Shown here: in pieces, positions 9,433 to 19,317 of the stretch
Layout: each line of letters starts with the position of its first letter
Numbering within the stretch: position 1 is the first letter of the stretch
Virus record (IMG/VR): IMGVR_UViG_3300045116_000460
Coordinates: 1-63,618 of that record
DNA: 63,618 nucleotides
Source: a virus
Lineage: Duplodnaviria; Caudoviricetes
Direction: 5' to 3' (one strand)
Translations under genes and position numbers: made by a program
Notes under the pieces: model-generated
Database searches by the model: none
What the model was told of the DNA's origin: nothing
The model's input: the letters and a program-made list of their open reading frames with translations, nothing else

Positions 9433-10311
9433 ATGGACAGAATTACAGGCAAAGAAGATGAGATTATGAAGGCATATCAGGTTGTGGTAAAATGCCAGAA
9501 ATGCAATGGTACGGGTGTGAATATTCGAGAAGAAATTAAAATAGAGTTGTCTCTACCTGACAATACTCCCCTTGATAAGCGAGAAGATATGATACCGCAG
9601 GTACAAGCAGAGCGTAAAAAGGAATATGTCAGGAGTCACAAATGGGAGAATCCAAAAAACTCTTCATATGGAATGTGTAAGTGTTATATCCAATATGAAT
9701 TTTTAAAAGGATTGCTTCTTGCAGATATACCGCTTAAGTTTGAAAAAATAGATTATACTGAAATACTCCCCAGGGATATAATGGTAAATGGGAGCAAACG
9801 ACCTCTCCATGATTTTATTAAATTATATATTGACAAATATAGCGAGTTGAGTAGGAATTCTGTCGGTCTTAATTTTATTGGTAAGGTTGGTACTGGTAGA
9901 ACATTTGTTTCTCAGTTTATCGGGGCTCAAATTTTAAAAAAGAGATATTCAGTACATCATATACCGTTTTTTGATTTAGTAAGAATAATGAATTCGTATG
10001 ACCAGGCAGATTTATTGAAGCATATTATGGATGTTGATCTATTGATTATTGACGAACTTGGAAATGAGCATCCTAACAAACGCGGATTCAGTGGTGAGAT
10101 TGCTCATTTACTTCAGCGTAGAATACAGATAAAAAAACCAATTATTTTTTGTATCAATGGAGTATCAACGGATGATAAATTGATCGATGCGTATGGTGGG
10201 TCTTTTTTTTCAATTTTAGATGAGAGAAATATTAATTTGAAATTTAACACAAAGGCAATACCTAAAACAACACGCAACAAATATATAGAGACCATATTGG
10301 GCGACTTATGA
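9433..10311 (+). CDS. DnaC/IstB-like helicase loader
   Basis: N-terminal CQKC...CKC zinc site; GKVGTGRT (variant Walker A); LLIIDELG; directly before helicase. Confidence 0.8.
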   Translation: MDRITGKEDEIMKAYQVVVKCQKCNGTGVNIREEIKIELSLPDNTPLDKREDMIPQVQAERKKEYVRSHKWENPKNSSYGMCKCYIQYEFLKGLLLADIPLKFEKIDYTEILPRDIMVNGSKRPLHDFIKLYIDKYSELSRNSVGLNFIGKVGTGRTFVSQFIGAQILKKRYSVHHIPFFDLVRIMNSYDQADLLKHIMDVDLLIIDELGNEHPNKRGFSGEIAHLLQRRIQIKKPIIFCINGVSTDDKLIDAYGGSFFSILDERNINLKFNTKAIPKTTRNKYIETILGDL

Positions 10312-11609
10312 GCAAACAAATTATTGAGCGAGATGTTTTAGCTTCACTTCTTACCGATAAGAGCAGAATAGACCAAGTTCAGGATATTATAAAATCCGAA
10401 CATTTTTCTTCGCCGTATTTGAAATGGGCCTACGAAAAACTTTTGGCATATTACGAAAAATACTGCGATGTACCTAAAGTAAGTTATTTTAAGATTGAAT
10501 TAAGCAAGAATAAAGATATTGATGAAGATGAACGTTCAAGGTGGTATAAACTAATACGCGATATATATAAAAAGATTTTGGATACAGGTTCAACAGAATA
10601 CGCATTAGATGAATTAATTGGTTTTGCTAAAAACAATGAAGTAGCGAAAATAATAGAACGAGGTATTAACCACCTTGACAAAGGTGAATGGAAAGATGCA
10701 ATAGAAACTCTCTATGCTACTGTTGAAGTCCAGGTGAAGGATAAGGAATTTGAAATATCAGATTGGCTTGCTACATGGGAAGAAAGGCAAAAAGTAAGAA
10801 AAGAACGTAAAGATGACCCATCAAAAGACAGACGGATCAAATTACCTTGGCCCGAAGTGCAAAAGGTAATTGGCGGGCTTGGTCCCGGTGAATCAACGAC
10901 AATAGCCAGCCTCACTAATGTTGGAAAAAGTATATCCCTTATTGTGTGCGGTAGAAGAGCCTTTATCGATGGTAAAAAAGTAGTCCATATAGTCATTGAA
11001 GACACAAAAGAAATGGTCGAACAGCGATATGATAGTGCTATCCTTGGCATTAGATATGATGATCTAAAATATTTTGATCTTAAAAAAGAAGAAATAGAAA
11101 AATTGGATAGAATAGTTTCTGAAACAAGAACAAGGATCGGGTCAAATTTACGAATAGTAAAAACGAAACCAAAAAAAACTTCAATTGTTACAATTATAAA
11201 GGCCCTGAATATACTCAAGCAAGATGGATTCATACCAGATCTACTAATAATTGATTATGCTGACATTATGATACCATCAAAAACCAAATATAAGAGTGAA
11301 CAATTTAGGCTTGAACAGGCAGAAGTATATTGGGAAATAAAATCGTTGGCAGAACAATTAAATATTCCTATTTTAACTGCCACTCAAGTATCAAAAGAAT
11401 ACGTTAGGAAAAAAGCCTATTCAGAAGGATTAGCAGAAGCCTATGATAAAAGTAGAATTCTAAATGTTGTATTAACACTAAACCAACTTGATATTCAATC
11501 ACGCGATATTCTTTTAATAATTGCAAAGAATCGAGATGGTGAAAAAGGTAAGGAAGTTGCATTGATATCAAATTTTGCCAAAATGAGGCTTACAGAAAAA
11601 ATAGCATAA
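10308..11609 (+). CDS. dnaB: DnaB-like replicative helicase
   Basis: NVGKS, LIIDYAD, PILTATQ, AKNRDG. Confidence 0.9.
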   Translation: MSKQIIERDVLASLLTDKSRIDQVQDIIKSEHFSSPYLKWAYEKLLAYYEKYCDVPKVSYFKIELSKNKDIDEDERSRWYKLIRDIYKKILDTGSTEYALDELIGFAKNNEVAKIIERGINHLDKGEWKDAIETLYATVEVQVKDKEFEISDWLATWEERQKVRKERKDDPSKDRRIKLPWPEVQKVIGGLGPGESTTIASLTNVGKSISLIVCGRRAFIDGKKVVHIVIEDTKEMVEQRYDSAILGIRYDDLKYFDLKKEEIEKLDRIVSETRTRIGSNLRIVKTKPKKTSIVTIIKALNILKQDGFIPDLLIIDYADIMIPSKTKYKSEQFRLEQAEVYWEIKSLAEQLNIPILTATQVSKEYVRKKAYSEGLAEAYDKSRILNVVLTLNQLDIQSRDILLIIAKNRDGEKGKEVALISNFAKMRLTEKIA

Positions 11610-11618
11610 GGAGGACAT

Positions 11619-12077
11619 ATGTCGAGGGGCAAAAAAAAATACAAGCAAGGTAAACGGATCATACAGATTAAAAAAAACCAAGATAATGATGCCTTGAATC
11701 CATTATCAGATTCAAACGTACCACCGCATCTTCGTCCTATGGTTGAAGGACTGAAGAGAGGATTTGAGCAACGAGTGAAATATGCAGAATTCAAAGCATT
11801 GCATCAATATCAAAAATTACACAATGCAATTAATGAAATTAAAGCAAATCAAATTGTATTACAAACCCTTATTTTTGAAAAAAATATTATTAATAGAAGA
11901 ACATTCACTGAAGAATATCAACGATATTTAACGGACATAGTAGGAATTGTTGATGGTGGTCGGATGCAAGGCTTTGTGGTTGTTGATACTTTCAACATTG
12001 GGGTTCCACTTAGAGGGAATAGTTTGAACGAATTAAAAAACAAAAATAAAAATCCAATTATAATAAGTAGGAGTTAA
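11619..12077 (+). CDS. hypothetical protein
   Basis: AGGAGG RBS, 152 aa. Confidence 0.75.
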   Translation: MSRGKKKYKQGKRIIQIKKNQDNDALNPLSDSNVPPHLRPMVEGLKRGFEQRVKYAEFKALHQYQKLHNAINEIKANQIVLQTLIFEKNIINRRTFTEEYQRYLTDIVGIVDGGRMQGFVVVDTFNIGVPLRGNSLNELKNKNKNPIIISRS

Positions 12078-12081
12078 TGTC

Positions 12082-13827
12082 ATGAAATTCATTCAAGTTG
12101 CAAGAGATGGAATTATCATGGAGCGAGGTTCACCATGGGCAAAGCCACTTAAGGTGGGGAAATTTTATCTTGTATCTGATTTGATCCATCAACAACTCGC
12201 CTACATCATGCCAGATCATATATCTAAGAATGTAATCGATATTAAAGAAGTTTATCGTGAATACCGAGGTGATGATCTTAATGGGAAAACTCTTCTTGTT
12301 TGGAGACACGGTGGAATTGGAGATTTGATGTTTATAATGCCATCGCTTAGATTATTGAAGGTAAAATATCCTGACAGTAAAATCATCATAGGATTGGGCG
12401 GAAAATATATTGATCTCTATCGGTATGTTCCATATGTTGATGAAATAGTCCAATTACCTTTCGATATAGAAACTCTAAAAATGGCAGACTACCATCTCCA
12501 TTTCGAACAAATCATAGAAGGAAATCCGCGAGCAGAAAAAATAAATGCCTATGATTTATTCTTTAGCAAATTTAAATTTGATCCTGCAAAAATACCATCT
12601 CATGAAAAAATCCCAGATATTTTTTTGACTGTTGAAGAAATGAAGTGGGCAGAGGAAAGGTTAGAACAATTCAAAGTGAAAGAAACAGACATTCTAGTTG
12701 GTCTTCAAATCGCAGCTAGTTCCCCGATTAGATCATTTCCAGATGAAAAAACAGTAGCAATTGCGAATGTGATTACTAGAGAAGAGAACGGTAAGATCAT
12801 TCTTTTTGGGTCAAATGGACAAATTGACTTGGCCCAAAATATTAAACATAGTTTACCTATTGAACAACATGAAAGACTAATATTATCACCAGAAGAAAGA
12901 TTCAGTCTTCGTCAATCTATGGCAATTTGCAGGCATTGTGATCTTGTTATCGCTCCTGACAGTGCCATGATTCATATTGCCGGTGCGCTTCGAGTTCCTA
13001 TACTGGGATTATATGGTCCTTTTCCTGCCGATCTTAGAATGAGATATTATTACAATGCCGTTGCTCTTAATGCGTGTACTCCATGTTCTCCATGTTTTAC
13101 TCATGACCATGACCCCTGCCAAAAAGGGGCACCATCTCCATGCTTTTCACTAATAGATATTTATCAAATTATGTTTGCGATAGAATATTTGCTTGAGAAG
13201 ACATGTAAAAAATCTATTCCAACTATTGCAAGTCTCAAGAAAAGTATTTTTAATCAAGTTATAGAAAGAGCCAAACCATATATGAAAGGTAAAGGCATTG
13301 ATGTTGGTTGTGGATTTCAAACATACAATTCTGAATTTGATATTACAAGAATCGACATAAACCCTCTTGTCAATCCAGACAAGGTTATGAATTTTTTACA
13401 TCCAGAATTCAAAATAGATGGCAAAGTTGATTACATTATAAGTAGTTATTCTATCAATACCGTAAATGATTTAATAAATTTCATTGCTCGTTCAGATATC
13501 TTTTTGAATGTTGGTGGTTATATTATTTTATTTGTTGGTGATTCCAATATTATAAAACAAGCTAGTGGAAAAGATATTTTATCCAACTACTTGTTGGATT
13601 ATCTCAAAAGTGAATTAACGAATGATATTCTTCAGTCTCAATTGAACAAATTCACAAATATGGAAATTGTAGAAACAGATTTACCAATTTTTAATGATAA
13701 GCTTAAAGAAGAAGCCATTGAAATTTTTGGAACTCGTCATGGCATATTTATTGTATTGAGGAAAACACATGATATCCAAACTGAAAAAAATAAACACGAG
13801 AAAACTGCTCAAGAGATTAGGGCTTAG
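12082..13827 (+). CDS. GT9 (heptosyltransferase-like, GT-B) glycosyltransferase fused to a methyltransferase-like domain
   Basis: RHGGIGDL, DLVIAPDSAMIHIAGAL..P.LGLYGP, CSPC cluster; C-terminal GIDVGCG SAM-binding motif. Confidence 0.85.
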   Translation: MKFIQVARDGIIMERGSPWAKPLKVGKFYLVSDLIHQQLAYIMPDHISKNVIDIKEVYREYRGDDLNGKTLLVWRHGGIGDLMFIMPSLRLLKVKYPDSKIIIGLGGKYIDLYRYVPYVDEIVQLPFDIETLKMADYHLHFEQIIEGNPRAEKINAYDLFFSKFKFDPAKIPSHEKIPDIFLTVEEMKWAEERLEQFKVKETDILVGLQIAASSPIRSFPDEKTVAIANVITREENGKIILFGSNGQIDLAQNIKHSLPIEQHERLILSPEERFSLRQSMAICRHCDLVIAPDSAMIHIAGALRVPILGLYGPFPADLRMRYYYNAVALNACTPCSPCFTHDHDPCQKGAPSPCFSLIDIYQIMFAIEYLLEKTCKKSIPTIASLKKSIFNQVIERAKPYMKGKGIDVGCGFQTYNSEFDITRIDINPLVNPDKVMNFLHPEFKIDGKVDYIISSYSINTVNDLINFIARSDIFLNVGGYIILFVGDSNIIKQASGKDILSNYLLDYLKSELTNDILQSQLNKFTNMEIVETDLPIFNDKLKEEAIEIFGTRHGIFIVLRKTHDIQTEKNKHEKTAQEIRA

Positions 13828-14806
13828 ATATACAGAATCAAAAAGTCCAAATGAATTGATTCTTGACTGTGTAGATCCAAATTGCCCCAATCCACATGGC
13901 CACATGTATTTAAATAAAGAGTCAGGATTGTGGCTTTGCCATAGATGTGGAATAGCAGGCAATCTTGTTGTTCTTGTTTCTATCGTCAAAAAAATAACAG
14001 CAAGAAATGCGCAACGGGTAATTGAAGATGAAACTACCGATACAATTACGATAGAAGGATTGAAAGACCGACTCAAAAATATCGATAAATTATATCTAAA
14101 CATTGTTGATATATTAGGGATGAAAATATATGCCCCACCCCCTCAAAATTCAATCTTGGTAAGTAGAACTATGTATCCAAAATTTTTAAATGATCGGAAT
14201 ATTCCTTTTGGTTTGGCATTAAGGGCTGGAGTAAGGATTTGTAATAGCGGAAAGTATGCCGGAAGGTTGATTTTTCCCTTCAAATGTGACGGAAACGAAA
14301 GTTTTGTAGCTTATGCCAGCGCCGGTCAAAAACCAAAAACCTTGAATCCCCCTGGTGGAATGAATGATAGAATGATATATGATTATGATTATATGAAAAA
14401 AATTTGGTATAGTCTCAAACATACTGATTCTCTTATTGTCGTAGAAGGAATTTTTGATTGTCTTCGCCTTCAGCTATATGGGTTCCCATGTGTTTCTCTT
14501 TTAGGCAGTTTTTTAAGCAAAAACAAGGCTATTTTATTGAGCCAAATGCCATATGCCCAAATTATTTTTATGTTAGATGGTGATATTAAAATTGATGATT
14601 ATTGGAAGCATTTGAGAAATTTTAATTACGTAAGCGGTAAAAATATTTTTTTTGCTCCGATTTTAGATGAAAAAAAAGATCCAGATACTCTTTCACAACA
14701 AGAAGTTATAAACATTTTGGATTATGGTATGATTCCTGCAACTGATTCGTATCGAATGAAGGCCAGGCTTTCAAAAATAATTGGTGAAGTGGGGCTGAAA
14801 CTATAA
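13769..14806 (+). CDS. DNA primase (zinc finger + TOPRIM)
   Basis: CHRCGIAGN zinc finger, RLIFPF, VVEGIFD, MLDGD, KDPD. Confidence 0.9.
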   Translation: MISKLKKINTRKLLKRLGLRYTESKSPNELILDCVDPNCPNPHGHMYLNKESGLWLCHRCGIAGNLVVLVSIVKKITARNAQRVIEDETTDTITIEGLKDRLKNIDKLYLNIVDILGMKIYAPPPQNSILVSRTMYPKFLNDRNIPFGLALRAGVRICNSGKYAGRLIFPFKCDGNESFVAYASAGQKPKTLNPPGGMNDRMIYDYDYMKKIWYSLKHTDSLIVVEGIFDCLRLQLYGFPCVSLLGSFLSKNKAILLSQMPYAQIIFMLDGDIKIDDYWKHLRNFNYVSGKNIFFAPILDEKKDPDTLSQQEVINILDYGMIPATDSYRMKARLSKIIGEVGLKL

Positions 14807-14912
14807 AATTCTCTGTCTAATAATGATGGGGATTCTATATCTTAATTATAAAAAAATTATATAAGAATTGGCATTTATTTTAATGGGTAATAAATTAAAG
14901 GAGGTATCAAAT

Positions 14913-15536
14913 ATGCCAAGAGATATGATCACAAAGGAAATCAAAAAAGAAGAGTTATCAGTTGATTGTAAGCTTTTTGGTCAGTATGAATCTGACGATG
15001 ATGCTTGCAAGATATGTGGTGTTTCAGATGAATGTAAGGCATTATCCGAGGGGCTTGATGAAGACATAAATACTTCTGTAGATTCTGAAGATAATGATCC
15101 TGACCCGGAGGATCAGATATCTGATGACGATTCTGATGATGTTGATTTGGACGGGATCAGTGCAAAAGACGAAGAAACAGATCATGAAGAAATAAAACAC
15201 GAAGAAATAAATGAACCTGTTCCGTCTGTTGAACCAGAACCTCAGCCATTACCAAAAAAGAAAAAGGGAAGACCGCTTGGAAGTACAAAGAAGCCAACAC
15301 CAAATCAGCCTGAAAAAGATAAGACCACTCCGAAGTCAACAAAGCCAAGTTTAGCTATTTCTGAAGATAATGAAATCGAAACTGAAAAAATTGTAAAACA
15401 AAAAGAAGAAGATTTGATTTTATCATTTAAAGATATTACCGTTAATCTTGCACCGGATCAACTTAAAAAAATCACCAGCTTTGTTGAAGCCGGAATGTTA
15501 ATTTTCATTCTTCTCCATGAATCTCTTAAGTCATAG
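14913..15536 (+). CDS. acidic protein with 4-Cys motif and AT-hook-like motif
   Basis: AAGGAGGT RBS; CKLFGQY...CKIC....C; KKKKGRPLGS. Confidence 0.75.
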   Translation: MPRDMITKEIKKEELSVDCKLFGQYESDDDACKICGVSDECKALSEGLDEDINTSVDSEDNDPDPEDQISDDDSDDVDLDGISAKDEETDHEEIKHEEINEPVPSVEPEPQPLPKKKKGRPLGSTKKPTPNQPEKDKTTPKSTKPSLAISEDNEIETEKIVKQKEEDLILSFKDITVNLAPDQLKKITSFVEAGMLIFILLHESLKS

Positions 15537-15560
15537 TACAAAAAATAGAGAATAACAAAA

Positions 15561-15574
15561 GTAACAATTGTTAC
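15561..15574. promoter_or_regulatory. perfect 14-bp palindrome, candidate operator
   Basis: GTAACAATTGTTAC about 20 bp upstream of the HTH gene. Confidence 0.45.
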
Positions 15575-15593
15575 AAAAAAGAGACCAGAACGG

Positions 15594-15887
15594 GTGGCCA
15601 GAAGGAATAAACGAGCATCAACGCTGACAGTGATTAGAGCCTTGCGGTTAGCTAATGGATGGACCCTTAAAGAAATGACCTATAAAGGATTCGCGTCACG
15701 ATTTTCATACTGTCATTTTGAAAGCGGCAGGCGAAGAGTCAGCAGGCAAAAACAAATTTTTATAGGCAATGTATTTGCTATTAGGCCAACGTATTTATTT
15801 GATCGTTACGGTTACCCAGTCCGTTTGTCTAGGCAAGATATTTTATCATTAACTATAGCAAAAAGAAGAAGAGGCGATTTTATATGA
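15594..15887 (+). CDS. XRE-family HTH protein
   Basis: IRALRLANGWTLKEM...YCHFESGRR. Confidence 0.7.
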   Translation: MARRNKRASTLTVIRALRLANGWTLKEMTYKGFASRFSYCHFESGRRRVSRQKQIFIGNVFAIRPTYLFDRYGYPVRLSRQDILSLTIAKRRRGDFI

Positions 15888-16222
15888 GGCAAGTTCTAAT
15901 CATCAAAGGAATAAAAGATAAAAATATCCTTGTTGTTAATTTGCCTGAAAGTGAAGTTTACGCAATAGAAATTAACACGATTGAAATTATTGATGGGGCC
16001 AATAAAGGAGCGTGGCAAAGTGAACTAAGATTCAATTATTCTCACAAAACACTAAGAATTAATTTGATTTTTGAAGATTATGATGATGTTTCAGAGTTTG
16101 AGTCTATGTTGCTTGAATATCTTAGAAATGCGGCTACCCCTATAATGTCCGAGGGAGACAAGCATGAGATAAGATATTGGATGGATATTGAGGTATTGGA
16201 AGTTAAAAATGTATGTTTCTAA
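15884..16222 (+). CDS. hypothetical protein
   Basis: ATGA overlap, GAGG RBS. Confidence 0.7.
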   Translation: MRQVLIIKGIKDKNILVVNLPESEVYAIEINTIEIIDGANKGAWQSELRFNYSHKTLRINLIFEDYDDVSEFESMLLEYLRNAATPIMSEGDKHEIRYWMDIEVLEVKNVCF

Positions 16223-16266
16223 GATAACATTAATATAGAATGATTACCAAAAAATTGGGAGAATAA

Positions 16267-18471
16267 ATGACTATACTTACCCCTATTGCACTCAAGGTGC
16301 TTGAGCATAGATATCTTTTACGAGATGATAATAATAAAATTATTGAAGATCCCGAAGGAATGTTTATGAGGGTAGCAAAAGCAGTTTCTAAGGGAAATAC
16401 GGAAAAGAAAGAAAAGTATTTTAATATGATAAGCAATTTAGATTTTCTTCCTAATTCCCCTGTCTTGATGAATTCTGGAACAGATATTGGAATGTTATTT
16501 GCTTGTTTTTTTATACCAATACCCGATTCAATCATTGGAATCATGGAGGCTGCCAAAACGCAGGCTTTAATCCAAAAAGTTGGTGGCGGGACTGGGTTTA
16601 GCCTTTCAAGATTGAGACCGCAAGGTGATATCGTTAAAAAAACACATGGGCTTTCGAGTGGCCCATTAAGTTTTTTAAAGATTCTAGATATTACTACTGA
16701 AACTATCAAACAAGGGGGAAAAAGAAGAGGGGCCAATATTGCTGTTCTTCGGGTTGATCATCCTTCAATTTTGGATTTTATTTCTTGCAAGCATAATAAA
16801 GATGCTTTTAACAATTTCAATATTTCAGTTGCTATTACTGATTCATTTGTTGAAGCGATGAAAGCAGGAAAAACATATAAAATTATTAACCCAAGAACAA
16901 AAAGTGCTGTAGCAGAGTATGATGCTCAAGAAATTTTCCATAAAATCGCTGAAGAAGCCTGGCTGACTGGAGACCCTGGTGTAATTTTTATCGACAGAAT
17001 CAATGATACAGAATTAAGGCCCTTGGGTGAAATTGAAGGTGTCAATCCCTGTTCTGAACAACCATTGCTTCCTTTTGAATCGTGTGTATTGGGCAGTATT
17101 AATCTTGCAAATATGGTAAATCGTAAAGGGGAATTGAAATTTGATCATTTGATTGATACTGTTAAGAATGCAGTAGATTTTCTTGATTCAACTATTGATA
17201 TAAATGTTTTTCCTACCAAATTAATTGAATCTGCCACGCTAAAAACAAGGAAAATTGGCCTTGGAGTTATGGGATGGGCCGATATGTTAATTCAAATGGG
17301 ACAATCATATGATAGTCCGAGAGCCATTGCAATTGCTGAAGAAGTGATGTACACAATTCAAAAGACCGCCTTATCAAGAAGCGAAGAGATTGCTTTAGAA
17401 TATGGGCCTTTTGAATCTTATAATAATGATTTGTTTCCAAACATGAAGCCCAGACGAAATGCAACAGTAACAACAATAGCCCCGACAGGTACGATCAGTA
17501 TAATTGCCGGATGTTCAAGCGGGATTGAACCATATTTTGCCTTAGCATATAAAAGAAAAAATATTCTAGATGGTGGAGAATTTTCAGAATTTAATAAATA
17601 TCTTTTAAAATGCATGAAAGATATTGGATGGTGTGATTATCCCGATTTGAAAGAAAAAATCGAAGAGGTTGGACACTTGCCAGATCTTGGGCCGATACAT
17701 AAGGCAATACAAAACCAATATAAAACTGCCCATGAAATTCCAATAGAACAACACATAAAAATGCAAGCAGCCTTTCAAAAATATGTATGTAATGCAACAA
17801 GTAAAACTATAAATCTACCAAATACAGCTACGGTTGATGATGTAAAAAAAGCATATCTCATGGCTTATGACTGTGATTGTAAGGGAGTTACTATTTATAG
17901 AGACCAAAGTAGGGATGAACAGGTTTTGGTAAAAGGTACAAAAAACCAGATGCCAATAAAAATTGATAAGAATGAACAAAACCACAAAACAATAGAACCA
18001 AAATGTGTCACCATGGTATATGAAAACCCACAAAAAAGACCGTCAAGATTATCGGGGCTTACTGAAAAAATAGAAACGAGTTGCGGCACTCTCTATGTTA
18101 CAATTAATTGGGATAAATCAGGAAAACCATTTGAAATTTTTACACGGATAGGCAAGGCCGGTGGTTGTGCTTCAAGCCAAAGTGAAGCCATTGGGAGGTT
18201 AATTTCAATGGCTATGAGGAGTGGAATACAACCTGAACATATAGTAAAACAATTAAGAGGAATTACGTGCCATTTGCCAAAAGGCATAGGGAAAAAGAAA
18301 GTTTCCTCATGCGCTGATGCTGCTGCTCAAGTTATTGAAAGCGTATTCGTGAAAGAACCTGGGAAAAACACGATATTTATTAGAGGGGCATGCCCTAATT
18401 GTCAAGGGCCAATAGAGCATGAAGGGGGATGTTCTATATGTAAAATGTGTGGATATAGTGATTGTGGATAA
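16267..18471 (+). CDS. nrdJ: class II (adenosylcobalamin-dependent) ribonucleotide reductase with C-terminal TSCPD/zinc-ribbon domain
   Basis: PNSPVLMNSG, GGGTG, QGGKRRGAN, NPCSEQPL, TIAPTGT, SKTINLP, TSCG/SSCAD, CPNC...CKMC. Confidence 0.93.
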   Translation: MTILTPIALKVLEHRYLLRDDNNKIIEDPEGMFMRVAKAVSKGNTEKKEKYFNMISNLDFLPNSPVLMNSGTDIGMLFACFFIPIPDSIIGIMEAAKTQALIQKVGGGTGFSLSRLRPQGDIVKKTHGLSSGPLSFLKILDITTETIKQGGKRRGANIAVLRVDHPSILDFISCKHNKDAFNNFNISVAITDSFVEAMKAGKTYKIINPRTKSAVAEYDAQEIFHKIAEEAWLTGDPGVIFIDRINDTELRPLGEIEGVNPCSEQPLLPFESCVLGSINLANMVNRKGELKFDHLIDTVKNAVDFLDSTIDINVFPTKLIESATLKTRKIGLGVMGWADMLIQMGQSYDSPRAIAIAEEVMYTIQKTALSRSEEIALEYGPFESYNNDLFPNMKPRRNATVTTIAPTGTISIIAGCSSGIEPYFALAYKRKNILDGGEFSEFNKYLLKCMKDIGWCDYPDLKEKIEEVGHLPDLGPIHKAIQNQYKTAHEIPIEQHIKMQAAFQKYVCNATSKTINLPNTATVDDVKKAYLMAYDCDCKGVTIYRDQSRDEQVLVKGTKNQMPIKIDKNEQNHKTIEPKCVTMVYENPQKRPSRLSGLTEKIETSCGTLYVTINWDKSGKPFEIFTRIGKAGGCASSQSEAIGRLISMAMRSGIQPEHIVKQLRGITCHLPKGIGKKKVSSCADAAAQVIESVFVKEPGKNTIFIRGACPNCQGPIEHEGGCSICKMCGYSDCG

Positions 18472-18480
18472 GGAGAACAT

Positions 18481-18720
18481 ATGGCAAATACAACTGGAGA
18501 GCAGAGACAAGATATTATTGAAGAAGCAATATTGGCAAGTCAAGATGGAAAACCTTGTGGATGTTGGGAGAAAAAATGTTCTAGAGGGTGTGGTCTATCT
18601 ATTGAAGCTATTGACCTATGGAATGATGTCAAAAAAACATTGCTATGGTTTCAAAAAAAAATTACAAATATAGATCATAAAGAGATTATTGATGATCTCA
18701 TAAGGAGATTAGAACGATGA
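18481..18720 (+). CDS. hypothetical protein
   Basis: AGGAG RBS, Cys cluster. Confidence 0.65.
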   Translation: MANTTGEQRQDIIEEAILASQDGKPCGCWEKKCSRGCGLSIEAIDLWNDVKKTLLWFQKKITNIDHKEIIDDLIRRLER

Positions 18721-18798
18721 TGGGACCATGCAAAGTAAAGGGAGGTATGATACCTGGTTTTTTCATTATACAGCATTTAAGAAAAAAGGTAATTGATA

Positions 18799-19266
18799 AT
18801 GAAGAAGCAACAAATTTTGATGAGAGATTTTGTTTACGAAATAGGGAAGAAAAAAATCTTTTCAGTAAAAATAATAGTGTATCCGACAATAAGGAGTATA
18901 CTTAAAGAATATTTGATGATCGATAAATTTGAAAATAACAAGTATATAATCGAAGGATTTACTTATCGTGAAGGTAAAAAATGGCGAAAATCACTCACTA
19001 GGGCCATCAAAGAAATTAAATATTCAGGACAATGGGGATTTTACAGATTTCAAACTAAAGAAATACATTTGTGGTTCAAAAGAAATATAGATAAAAGAGA
19101 TCTGTGTTATTTCTTGGCTCATGAGATTGGGCATTCATTCAATCCAAGACATAAAAGCCCTTATAAAGAGGAAGAAAAAGCAATTAAATATGAACACGCA
19201 GCTTTGTATGCATATGATTTAGCAACTGAAATCATCCAAGGAATAAAGAAAAAAGAATTAAAATGA
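18799..19266 (+). CDS. zincin-like HExxH protein
   Basis: FLAHEIGH...EE.KA. Confidence 0.6.
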   Translation: MKKQQILMRDFVYEIGKKKIFSVKIIVYPTIRSILKEYLMIDKFENNKYIIEGFTYREGKKWRKSLTRAIKEIKYSGQWGFYRFQTKEIHLWFKRNIDKRDLCYFLAHEIGHSFNPRHKSPYKEEEKAIKYEHAALYAYDLATEIIQGIKKKELK

Positions 19267-19317
19267 ATACAGGACGGTTATCATCTATTGGTTTGATAAT
19301 TGCATAAGAGAGATTTT

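Noticed and set aside
13740-13755. Further sigma54-like site TGGCATATTTATTGTA before primase
   Set aside because: The essential -12 GC is GT
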